Positions 22,009 through 32,440 of a stretch of 40,056 nt of DNA are shown piece by piece. Origin of the DNA: Octopus bimaculoides. Its lineage: Eukaryota. The stretch is from the NCBI RefSeq assembly GCF_001194135.2, contig NC_068981.1, forward strand, positions 25,331,369 to 25,371,424, read 5' to 3'. The translations under genes and the position numbers were made by a program. The number at the start of each line of letters is the position of its first letter. Within the stretch, counting starts at the first letter, position 1. The notes beneath the pieces were generated by a model. It was not told the origin of the DNA. It saw nothing but the letters and a program-made list of their open reading frames with translations, and ran no database searches.

Positions 22009-22297
22009 ATGGCCCAGTGGTTATGGCAGTGGACTCGCGGTCATAGGATCGCGGTTTCGATTCCCAGACCAGGCGTTGTGAGTGTTTATTGAGCGAAAAC
22101 ACCTAAAGCTCCACGAGGCTCCGGCAGGGGATGGTGGCGAACCCTGCTGTACTCTTCCACCACAACTTTCTCTCACTCTTACTTCCTGTTTCTGTTGTGC
22201 CTGTAATTCAAAGGGTCAGCCTTGTCACACCGTGTCACGCTGAATATCCTCGAGAACTACGTTAAGGGTACACGTGTCTGTAGAGTGCTCAGCTACT
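22009..22297 (+). mobile_element. SINE family C
   Basis: tRNA-like head ggcccagtggttatggcagtggactcgcgg..ggtttcgattccc; homologous to both arms of 24513-25007. Confidence 0.85.
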
Positions 22298-23135
22298 GGA
22301 CCAACGGGTTTTATATCTTTGTATAGGTTGCAAAGGCGTTTCTTTTCGAAGTTTACCCGCAAGTTTTAATTATTTCAGCTTGCCCATCAACATATTTTAT
22401 CAAGTAGAACTTACTGCTTGTCGAGATAAGGAGAAACAGCTAGAATGAATTTATGAGAGGCACATCTAATCAATGGTATTCTAAAGAAATTCGCTATAGA
22501 TTTGTTCACTTCGGTATTATTTCCGGTAATAGCTACAACATTTTCTAAATTTTTGTTATAAACACTTAACACATACTCTATAAATTCGACATAATAAGAA
22601 GCAGTGAATGATGTCTCACTTACCATTGGCGAAAATGCCAGCAAAACAGTACAATAGTTATTTTGATAAATGTACGAATAAAATGCAAAAAGTCTGACGA
22701 AATACGACGAACCCTTAGTCCAACCATCGAGTACCAACGACGATTTACTCGAAAGTTCACCAGATATTTTCTTTTCCACTTCTCGAGTAAGTTTCTCCAT
22801 GTATTTCTGTAAGGTCACATTTGTCATACTTTCGAAGTTTGTATATTTACGAGTCAGTGGGTCTTTAGTAAAGAAAAGTGGTTTTGAAACAACACACACC
22901 AGCTCAATCTAACCGTAAACGTTTAAGGCCGAGTGACTGACCAAAGAAAACTCGATAAAGATGGTTGTCCGGGTGCTTGAGTAGTAGAATACTCTGGATG
23001 CTGGGTTTTTTTTATATCATTCATAAGATTTGTCCATCAAGTTCCTTTTTTTCTGGGTCAACTTTTCCCAACACCTGCATTTCCATACATACTCACTGTC
23101 TGTTTGGTTAAAATATTTTCTGACGATTTGCTCGT
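22298..23135 (-). mobile_element. hAT-superfamily transposase remnant
   Basis: BED-finger-like WKCRC..KKGT*WTNLMNDIK..HPEY; catalytic LVLDGWT; ITGNN (decayed GDN); CASH (CxxH); LAGKLRKETPLQPIQRYKTRWS; multiple stops and frameshifts. Confidence 0.85.
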
Positions 23136-23919
23136 TTTCATGCGGCCTGGGTTAGTTTAAAATAAATTATATTTCGCCAAAGTTTAATCAGAAGATAGTT
23201 CGACACCCCGCTGGTGAAAGTCTTGTAATGGGTACGATGCTGAAGGGGAGGATGATGTGAATATCGATGTGCTGGATCTCGAGGAAATAAGGACAGTGGA
23301 CGAAGCTGATGTTGACTCCAAATTATATTTACCGTTACTTATTATGCATAGACAAAACACGACGAGCAGGCGTGTATAAAATAATAGAGAGTTAGTTTTT
23401 CTTTGTATGAGAGTGTATAATGTTCCTATCGCTGTAGTAGCACGAAAGAGATAGACAGAGTGATGTTTGTTAGAACGGCGCCTGTGAACAAGTGAGAGAC
23501 AGGAGTAGGAAGTTGTATGGTGAAATATTATAGCCGCCGATCGCCACACGGGAACATTTTCTCTCTTCCTCTGTCATTTTGCCTCTAGTAGTCTGCTTGG
23601 AACTGCTTGCATTTATAAGTATGCAGACCAGCTCGAAAAGGAGATATACTGTTCTAACAATGGTTAAATTAATATAGGTCATTCATTATCTATTTCATCT
23701 TTTCATGGCATAGAAAAGGTAGAGAGCCAAGTGAAAAACACATAAATCTGTGTTCCTCCCAGCCGTATGGCGTGGGAGAATTTCTAGATTCGATTTCGAA
23801 TCTCAGGTAAGACCGATCGAGGTCTCGTCAGTCTCTACAGTCAGATTCAGTTAAAATGTTGGAGCGGAATACAAGATATAATCGCGTTGCAGGCGATGTT
23901 ACGATTCAATGACTTGAAG

Positions 23920-24235
23920 ACAGAAAGTGCGAATCATTCTCGGGAGTCAGAATTAAGAATCACTCCACAGCGATTATTTGACAACATACACAATGGCCAA
24001 TTCCTAAACACGACAGAATGTGTGAATCATTCTCAGCAGTCCTAACCAAGTGTCAACACTCGACAGCGGTTATATGACAACATACATAATAGCCATTTTC
24101 CAAGTATGATAGAATGTGTATTATTCTCAGCTGTCCGAATCAACCGTCAACATTTGACAACATACATAATCGTCAATTCCTAAGCACGACAGAATATGAA
24201 TCATTCTCAGCAGTTAGAAGAAAGCGTCAATACAA
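23920..24235. repeat. Degenerate minisatellite of about 80-94 bp units, about 3.5 copies
   Basis: gaatcattctc-like anchors at 23931, 24024, 24118 and 24198; tgacaacatac..aat..caattcctaa.cacgacagaat recurs. Confidence 0.75.
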
Positions 24236-24512
24236 TTCCTCAAATAATAAGAGAACGCTGTATTTGTTAATTGAACGTGGAATGAAGTATGAGCCATTTG
24301 AAATGTTGCAACTAACTGCAATTAAATGCGATTGATATGATAGCAAATATTATTTAATCAGCAGTACGACTCCAATCAAATAATTGGATAAATATTGCAA
24401 TTAATTTTTTTCACCAATCAATTTTCTACAACCCATGGCTGGAGGGAAAAATTATGAATTTAAAATATTCAAATTACGAAAGGTAATGATTATCCCCATA
24501 GTATCTATAAGT

Positions 24513-25007
24513 TACGACGACGTGAAATTAACGTGCAAGTGGCTGAGCACTCCACAGACACGTGTACCCTTAACGTAGTTCTCGGATATTCAGCGTGACA
24601 AGGCTGGCCCTTTGAATTACAGGCAAAACAGGAAGTAAGAGTGAGAGAAAGTTGTGGTGGAAGAGTACAGCAGGGTTCGCCACCATCTCCTGCCGGAGCC
24701 TTGTGGAGCTTTTAGGTGTTTTCGCTCAATAAACACTCACAACGCCCGGTCTGGGAATCGAAACAGCGATCCTATGACCGCGAGTCCGCTGCCCTAACTA
24801 CTGGGCCATTACGCCTCCACTGTTGTACCTGTATTTCAAAGGGTTAGCCTTGTCACACTGTGTCACGCTGAATATCCCCGAGAACTACGTTAAAGGTACA
24901 CGTGTCTGTGGAGTGTTCAGCCACTTGCACGTTAATTTCACGAGCAGGTTGTTCCGTTGATCGGATCAACTGGAACCCTCGTCGTCGTAACCGACGGAGT
25001 GCCAACC
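24513..25007. mobile_element. Inverted composite of SINE family C (antisense full copy plus sense 3' half) flanked by a 10-bp direct repeat
   Basis: ATCTATAAGT at 24503-24512 and 25008-25017; arms at about 24523-24623 and 24828-24940 are reverse complements. Confidence 0.85.
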
Positions 25008-25789
25008 ATCTATAAGTACGGAAAGAACAACAATGAAAACCTACCCATAGCTAATAGATTTGACTGGTGATTCACTCTAATAATAATGACGCTTTAGATA
25101 TGTCCTGGTTACCTTGATCTTTTATGTAGTTATGCAGCTCTCAGCAATTGAATTCGTTTCCGATAAGTGATACAATATCACCCGATTTATTATTTTACCG
25201 GAAGAATATTATTCCGTAGTTTAGTTTGTTCCTTCTTAATATATTTATAAAATTAAATTATTTCATGCATTACGATTTATCAATGGCTATTCCACTGCCT
25301 GTGTTTAATATCATATATAAGCCACTTCAAAGTAGACGGATTCATTAAGAATGAATATTTCAATAAAAACGAACATTACACACTCAGGCCTGAATTGAAA
25401 AAACTACACATAAATCTAAAGATCTCATCCACTCAACAAGAATTATAATGGACCTAACTAAAGTAAGTGATAATGAATAAATGATATTGTGTGATATTTA
25501 TATATGATTTACTTATTTCTATCTGTCCACATACACAAATATATATTTTTTTAAATGACGTTGAAAAAGTCATTGGTCCAATATACACAAAGAAGCACCA
25601 ATCCAAGATGAACTGTGGCAGTTTGCTTGCTTCTTCACCTACATGTTGGTGATGGAGTTTTAATGAAATATTTCATTTGTATACTAGAAAACATGTTCAT
25701 TCAAATTTTTCTTAGTTACAAATAATCAGGGATAAGCGATATTATATAAATGTAATATGGAGAATATTTAAGGTAACAAGTTGTCGAGG

Positions 25790-25976
25790 TTGTAAGTACA
25801 CCGGGCAAAATGCTTAGCGGCATTTCATCCGTCTTTACGTTCTCAGTTCGAATTCCGCCGAGGTCCACTTTGCTTTTCATCCTTTTGGGAATCAGTACCA
25901 GTTGAACACTGGGATCGATGTAATCGACCAACCTCCTAATCCAAAACTGCCAGCTTTGAGCCAAAATCTGAAACCA
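25790..25976 (+). mobile_element. SINE family B, degenerate
   Basis: caccgggcaaaatgcttagcgg..cagttcgaattccgccgagg..gtaccagttgaacactgggatcgatgtaatcgac. Confidence 0.8.
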
Positions 25977-26583
25977 ATATGAAGAATATTTCTTAGTGCT
26001 TGAAAAGTCTTATGTATGGAGCAACGTCGAAAATATCATCTCTGTACCTTTTCCTTTACATTAATACTATCTTCATAGGTCTTCGGCAAATTTCTAGATA
26101 CATATTATGTCCTTATGCTCATATCTGAGAAAATTGAATGAGGCGGGATTTGAACCAGCCATCCACAGTGAACAAAGCAGAGTAGCTACTCAGCTGAATG
26201 CTGTATTCAGAAAGACTGTATTCCTACTATTATTATTGCACTTAGATTTATAATTCATTTGTGTGAAAAATGATATAAACAATATAATAATTTTTGACAA
26301 AACATTATGATTTAAATTTCGTTCGGCAGTTTATTAATGACACCTTTTAAGGTCTATTTTTGTATCTATAATAGATTATGTCTCCGAAGTAATTCCATAG
26401 TTTATTTCTCATTTGCCCTAAGTCTAACATATGAAAATTTTACATTTTACGATTAAGTTGTCATTTAATTATTTCGAAACATTAAAACCTAGAACTCTTA
26501 TAATTTACTTTCTTCACATAAAAGAAAAGTAAAAAAAAGAAAAAAATGGAGAATGACTTCCACATTATTCCAAGGGTAATATT

Positions 26584-26636
26584 CTTTTCTACACTAAGCT
26601 CAAAGCTCAAAATTTTTGGGGAGGGGGCTCACTGTG
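26584..26636 (-). mobile_element. 53-bp, extremely 5'-truncated SINE-B-type 3' tail with a 16-bp TSD
   Basis: TTCCAAGGGTAATATT at 26568-26583 and 26637-26652; the insert is the reverse complement of the family-B tail (ccccctccccaaaaattt..tgtagaaaag). Confidence 0.8.
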
Positions 26637-26665
26637 TTCCAAGGGTAATATTGTTTAAAGTTTAG

Positions 26666-26879
26666 GGCGGCGAGCTGGCAGAAACGTTAGCACGCCGGGT
26701 GAAATGCTTAGCGGTATTTCGTGTCTTTACGTTCTGAGTTCAAATTTCCCTGAGGTCGACTTTGCCTTTCATCCTTTCGAGGGTCGATAAATTAAGTACC
26801 AGTTGCCTCTGGGGGTTGATCTAATTAACTGGCACCCTCTCCAAAAATTTCGGGCCTTGTGCCTAGAGTGGGAAAGAAT
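26666..26879 (+). mobile_element. SINE family B, full length
   Basis: Same head and core as 14570-14801, with the alternative tail ccctctccaaaaatttcgggccttgtgcctagagt. Confidence 0.9.
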
Positions 26880-27226
26880 CTTGTATGTAGTGTTTTAAAC
26901 AATCCTCATTTAAAAAATAAAAATTACACACATTTGTGAGCACTCTTCTATAGCCCTGCACCGACGAAATCTTTGTGAGTAGATTTGGTAGATGGAAACT
27001 GAAAGAAGCCCGGTGTATGTGTATATATAAATTGATATAAGCAGTTAGACGCAACATAACACCATAGAGAAAGAAAAAAAATTATCACCACTAATTGTGA
27101 CTGAAGATGACGAAAGGTGTGTGTGTGTATCAGTGTTTGTCTCCCATCACTATTCGACAACTGGTGTTGGTATGTTTATGTGCCCCTAACCAATAGAATA
27201 TGCATGAAGCTTAAAAATATAAAGTA

Positions 27227-27328
27227 TAAAAATATATAGTTCACTCTCACAGCATATGGCCTAGTGGTTAAGAGCGCGGACTACTAACCCCAAGATTCCA
27301 AGTTAGATTCCAAGCAGTGACCTGAATG

Positions 27329-27359
<31 letters not shown>

Positions 27360-27524
27360 GAACATCAAAAAATACCTTAGGAATGAGAACCCAGGTTCGA
27401 AATTTCTCCAAGACACATGAAGAAGGCTGGAGAGTATATCAGCCGAAACGTTGTGTTAACAACAAACAAGATGAGGACAAATATCCGTCGAATGTAAATA
27501 ATATTCATAAATATAGAACTGTAT
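27227..27524 (+). mobile_element. SINE-like element: tRNA-derived head, (AAT)n, then a Penelope-type hammerhead-bearing tail
   Basis: A box tggcctagtggttaag and decayed B box aagttagattcc; (AAT)n; hammerhead motif at 27413-27456; flanked by TATAAAGTA at 27218-27226 and 27525-27533. Confidence 0.65.
27413..27456 (+). ncRNA. Minimal type I hammerhead ribozyme-like motif (C3-to-A core change)
   Basis: Stem I acac / core ATGAAGA / stem II ggctg-gagagtatat-cagcc / GAAA / CG / TT / stem I gtgt. Confidence 0.6.
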
Positions 27525-27685
27525 TATAAAGTACCAGGGTCGAATCATTCGACTAAAATTTTTTCGAGGCGGCGCTCCAGCATGGCCGCGGTCTAATGGC
27601 TGAAACAAGTAAAAGATGAAAGATAATTAGCGATATTTATTGAAAAGTACAGCGTATCAGCTTTTATCCTGTACACCCTCACCAG

Positions 27686-27693
27686 TATATAAA
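27686..27693 (+). promoter_or_regulatory. Candidate TATA box of IL-17-like gene 2
   Basis: TATATAAA about 100 bp upstream of the first-exon coding segment, inside the block homologous to the gene 1 upstream region. Confidence 0.45.
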
Positions 27694-27793
27694 TTAAGTA
27701 ATAAAGCAAGTGACCATGTGACCTAGGATATTAAACGTGTCTACTGCCGCACCTACTTTCTATACTATACTCCGCTCTAATATCACTCACATT

Positions 27794-27820
27794 ATATGGA
27801 TAGTAACTGATACTTCCGTG
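27794..27820 (+). other. IL-17-like gene 2, putative first coding exon lacking an in-frame ATG
   Basis: Donor GTG|GTAAGC at 27821. The 27 nt upstream read ATA TGG ATA GTA ACT GAT ACT TCC GTG (9 codons, as in gene 3). The ATG at 27796 is out of phase and meets TGA after 4 codons. Confidence 0.55.
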
Positions 27821-27939
27821 GTAAGCTTTTTGTCAATAAGTTTGACGTACGTTAGATTTTATCATATTGTTTAACGCTATTAATATATATTTTAGAAAAT
27901 AAAATATTTCACTTAACAGAAATACTTTCTGTCTTACAG

Positions 27940-28482
27940 GTATTTATCCACTTTGTATTATTCCTCTTCTTCAACGCCATCTTGTTCATAATTTCGGCGT
28001 CATTTACGACCAAATACAAAATACCAACAGATTTGAAAGTCCGATACGAGAGACTCTCCAGTGCAGCCGTTGGCAATAAATTTTTTCTACCCGCTGAAAT
28101 GGCTTCAACTGGAAGTAGACAGCCAAGGCTCAACGACGGTGATAAATTTTGCCCAAAATCTCTTTCTACTGATATTATCCTTGAACGTTCAACCTGCCCA
28201 TGGTACCTGACTACTACTCATGATTCAACAGTTTTCCCTCCATCACGTACTGAAGTAGTGTGTCGCTATGGACACTGTCTAGACCTTGACAACAATCATC
28301 AATGTGTAACAGTATATAATAAAATGTCTGTCCTCAAACGTACAGGTGAATGTGTCGATGGATTGTATGTGTACAAACCAAGCGTGATTGAAGTAGCCAC
28401 AGCTTGTGTATGTGCACGAACATTACATAACATTAATGGGAGAAATGAAAGCCAATGTGCAACGAAAAATGGACCAATATAA
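27940..28482 (+). CDS. IL17-like: IL-17-like cytokine gene 2, exon 2 (180 aa, open; start codon uncertain)
   Basis: Acceptor tttctgtcttacAG at 27938-27939; hydrophobic signal-peptide core VFIHFVLFLFFNAILFIISA; motifs ERSTCPWY, EVVC..C, HQC, VLKR..C, VATACVC of the IL-17 cystine-knot family. Confidence 0.85.
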   Translation, partial: VFIHFVLFLFFNAILFIISASFTTKYKIPTDLKVRYERLSSAAVGNKFFLPAEMASTGSRQPRLNDGDKFCPKSLSTDIILERSTCPWYLTTTHDSTVFPPSRTEVVCRYGHCLDLDNNHQCVTVYNKMSVLKRTGECVDGLYVYKPSVIEVATACVCARTLHNINGRNESQCATKNGPI

Positions 28483-29358
28483 CAAAATATAAACTGTTAT
28501 TCAGAATATATGAAGCATTTCATAGATCGCCATGCGGTTATTATAAAGTTCGCATATATACACATACAAACATACCTACACTACATACGTATACATATAT
28601 GAGTTTGTGTGTATGTGTGTGCGTGTGCGTGTGTGTGTATGTGTAATGAGTGTGTCTATATATGTATGTTACTACTTGAAACCTATTTAATCGTCTTATA
28701 GCGACAATGGATATCACAAAACCACTCTGTGAGCAGCGACATCGTATACAGTACGCTTCACAGCACATAATGCAATCTCACCATATTTCTACATAAACGC
28801 TCACACTCATTCCTATTCTTTATTTGGAACGTTTTTCCCTATTATCCTCTTTCTCACTGATAACCTATCTAGACTTCACAGAACATAAAAATCCAAAATT
28901 ATAGTCATAACAATTGTTAGCGCACTGGTTTAATTACAAGATTTCAAACCCCTCACGTAATGAATTTTGGTGTTTGGATCACTACAGTTAAAAATATCTA
29001 CTAGTTATTTATGTTTTACTTAATCTACATTTGCTCCTTCTTTTCAAAAACTTCCGTTGTCGGTTTCAATGAATTTTCGGATTTAAGTGTAATAACACCG
29101 ATGTCTACTTTGCTAAACAACATTTTGTAATTGATTAAATGTTTATAGAACGAGGGACGATAAAAGCAGTTATAGTATTCTCACATATGATTGGCCTCGC
29201 ATATGATATTAAATATGTAGTTTGATTTATATTGTAATTTAACTGAAAACTAAATTGACAGACATGATCTCACTTACACATATAATCTACAAACATAGCA
29301 TTATATATCTATATACTCTTTTCTCTGTATGCATCAAACACACACACATGCGCCTGTA

Positions 29359-29393
<35 letters not shown>

Positions 29394-30769
29394 TTGAGTA
29401 TTAAGGCTACCGTTGGATTCATGGTAAGAAAATGTCTTAGTATTTTTCCAAACCAATTGCATGGAGAAATAGTTGCCTGTCTCCATTTTGGATGAAAACC
29501 CGAAAAATCACGGGAATTCAAATCACAAACGTACAAATATTAAACATACCCAAGATATCATAAAATGTAAAGGAACTTATTCAACAAAAGGGAAATAATC
29601 AGTTCAAAGTTGTTACCCAAGAGTCGACCCCCTTGATTTCTTGTTTTTATATACGAATGCAAAATCCTCCATTTGATTGGCTTGAAAAATTGCCAAGTTG
29701 TTTTCCTAACATGAAATAGATGGTAGCTTCAATGCAGAAATAAAGAATCATTATTCACCGAATACATCGTTGAGCACTCAATCCCATTTGTCCGACATTT
29801 ATATGCGTGTGTGTGAGAGTGTGTGTTTGTTTGTGTGTGTGTGTGTGTGTGTCTGTATTTTGTGTGTATTTAAGCGCGTGTACAGTGTATATCTGTCTAT
29901 CTAGATGTATGTGAATGTGTGTGCGCGTATGTGCATGTGCGTGATAATTATCTATCACAATGTTTGTACAATGATTAAAAATAAGTCAGATTTTTGTGAG
30001 AAATAATATATTATTTACGTGTATTGGTATAGTTGTAATTTATTTTCTCATTTAAATTGTATTAAAAATAATATTTCGATAACATGCCATACAATACATC
30101 GGTTTTACTTTCTTTTCTTATAAATTTGTTTCGCTGACGCACGACGGACGGAGCATTATATCTATATTTTGAGTTCATTTCGAAATATTTCTAGAATTAC
30201 GTTAGCTTCATTTGTCATATATATTTCATGTAGCGTCGTAATAATTACGTATGACGCAACAATAATCAAACTTGTTTATTGATAATATCAATGTAATTAG
30301 TGTAATAAATAGTTGTTTATGTCTAATAATTAAATCTCGAAAGTAAGTTTTTGATTTGCATTTTTGGGTGTCAGGCATGAAAAACGTAAATGATATATTC
30401 AGAAATAAAATTTTAAAACTGTATACAGTGATAATAAAATAGTATAGGAAAGGGCAGGACTGGAAGACAATTTTGTACGGGATATTTAGCAGTGCGAAAT
30501 CTTACTTAATCACCATCTTAACTAATCTATTGCATGCCAGCTCCCAGAAATGACTGTCAGAAATATATGTGTATAAGATTTAGACATGTAAATTATTTCA
30601 TTGTTTAATAAAGTACATTTGGATACAAATGAAATTAATATGTAGAAGATATGTGAATGTATGTCAACTTGTATGATTATAGAAAGCATAAGAAAATATA
30701 CAAATGTTTCTTTCAAATATTAGTAGGATAAACAACATAATAAAATTACACAATAAAATTGTGGTGGAG

Positions 30770-30851
30770 CCATCTGGTTCGCCAGTCCTCAGTCAAATCG
30801 TCTAACCCATGCTAGAATGGAAAGCGGACGTTAAACGATGATGATGATGAT
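30770..30851 (+). mobile_element. 3' tail of an RTE-type retroposon ending in (GAT)n
   Basis: aacccatgctagaatggaaagcggacgttaaacgatgatgatgatgat. Confidence 0.55.
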
Positions 30852-30872
30852 ACATATATATATATATATATA

Positions 30873-31274
30873 NNNNNNNNNNNNNNNNNNNNNNNNNNNN
30901 NNNNNNNNNNNNNNNNNNNNNNNNNNNNNNNNNNNNNNNNNNNNNNNNNNNNNNNNNNNNNNNNNNNNNNNNNNNNNNNNNNNNNNNNNNNNNNNNNNNN
31001 NNNNNNNNNNNNNNNNNNNNNNNNNNNNNNNNNNNNNNNNNNNNNNNNNNNNNNNNNNNNNNNNNNNNNNNNNNNNNNNNNNNNNNNNNNNNNNNNNNNN
31101 NNNNNNNNNNNNNNNNNNNNNNNNNNNNNNNNNNNNNNNNNNNNNNNNNNNNNNNNNNNNNNNNNNNNNNNNNNNNNNNNNNNNNNNNNNNNNNNNNNNN
31201 NNNNNNNNNNNNNNNNNNNNNNNNNNNNNNNNNNNNNNNNNNNNNNNNNNNNNNNNNNNNNNNNNNNNNNNNNN
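30873..31274. other. Assembly gap (N run) flanked by (TA)n
   Basis: Run of n. Confidence 1.
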
Positions 31275-31284
31275 ATATATATAT

Positions 31285-31315
<31 letters not shown>

Positions 31316-31317
31316 CC

Positions 31318-31460
31318 ATGGGTTCTTTCAGTTTCTGTCTACAAAATTCACTCACAAGGCTTTGGTCGGCGCAAGGTTATTGTAAAAGATACTTGCACGA
31401 GGTGCCACGTATTGGGACCGAACTCAGAACCACGTGTGTGGGAAGCAAGCTTCTTAACAC
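31318..31460 (-). mobile_element. SINE family A, 5' half, degenerate
   Basis: ttctttcagtttctgtctac..cactcacaaggctttggtcgg..gtgccacg..aagcaagcttcttaacac. Confidence 0.75.
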
Positions 31461-31999
31461 AAATCCACGGCACGCACACAAACGCTTATATATATGTTGT
31501 ACCGTTCCGTTATACGTGTGATAATAAGAAGTACTCCATCAAGCGAGTGTTAGATATCGTTTAATATGCACAAATGTGCGCTACTCTAAGTGCTATTCTT
31601 CTGACATTGCGAAAGTCGGACGAGCTTGTATTGAATCATGTATATTATCATGTAATCGTTCAAGCGGAAACGCAATGAGAAATAACTAGGAGAGAAACAT
31701 AGTATCGAAAGAAAAAACAGAAACAAAGGAAAACGAAATGAGTAAAAAAGCATAGAGGGATGGTAGATAAGAGTTGTGTCCCTTTAAATAGGATTTTTTT
31801 TGTTTTTGTGTGAGATAAATTCGACGGTAAACTTTTTGTGACGCTCTATGAAAAATTATACCATTTAAAAAAATGTAGCCTCTCTATTTTGTTCAGTGGA
31901 AATGTGGGTTTAAGTTAATCGATATGCAATTAATTTGATATGAAAATAAGAATGCTTATTACAATTTATTTATACACTATCAATATAGCCACCGCACAG

Positions 32000-32440
32000 T
32001 CTATCGAGTCCAGCCTTCACATGTATAAGTTGACATGCTCTAGCTTACAGAGTGTGTGGGAGTCGTCGGCTACACACACCATGGTTTAGACGACCTGTTG
32101 AAGCATTGTCCGACGTATAACAACTGTTGCATGCAGAAAGTTGCGTGAATCCATACGTGAAAGTTGAGTATCAGGTGATAACCAAAGCGAGCGAACTACT
32201 CTGAAGAGCATTTCATGTTCCACTGTCAGAGTTATTATCCCATTCAGACAACCCACGTAACGCATTGCTGGGGCACAATGAAAACGCGAACTTCGCAACT
32301 CCTCGCCTTCAATTCCAACAAACCACCAGTGCCCAACTTGCGGCCGTACCTTCTGACTATGCGTCGGTCGATTCGGCCAAGGTCGGACACATCGCGTCCA
32401 ATGTTCTTTTGCTATGTGATTTCTTTGGTCATTGTCAAAA
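32000..32440 (+). mobile_element. Highly degenerate RTE-type LINE C-terminus with a C2H2-like motif
   Basis: A third frame absent from the ORF track reads KRELRNSSPSIPTNHQCPTCGRTF*LCVGRFGQGRTHR, resembling LINE C-termini of the form H-CPTCGR-F-ARIGL-SH-RTH. Confidence 0.45.

Larger units (their letters stand above)
26947..27625 (+). mobile_element. Fragmented SINE family A copy hosting an inserted element
   Basis: Family-A segments in consensus order at 26947-27030, 27117-27226 and 27525-27625. Confidence 0.65.

Noticed and set aside
23920-24335. Repeat region as a CRISPR array or a neuropeptide precursor (contains RRKR)
   Set aside because: Units are degenerate with no unique spacers and no cas genes in a eukaryotic context; no reading frame stays open across the units and there is no signal peptide.
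7933-27310. tRNA-like sequences (for example near 7933-7980, 26142-26200, 27245-27310 and the SINE heads)
   Set aside because: Only A/B-box remnants are present; they do not fold into complete cloverleafs and continue into SINE bodies, so they are not tRNA genes.
12866-31355. Long ORFs containing X runs (near 13.2-13.6, 16.9-17.5, 18.4-18.8 and 30.8-31.4 kb)
   Set aside because: Artefacts of reading through N gaps.
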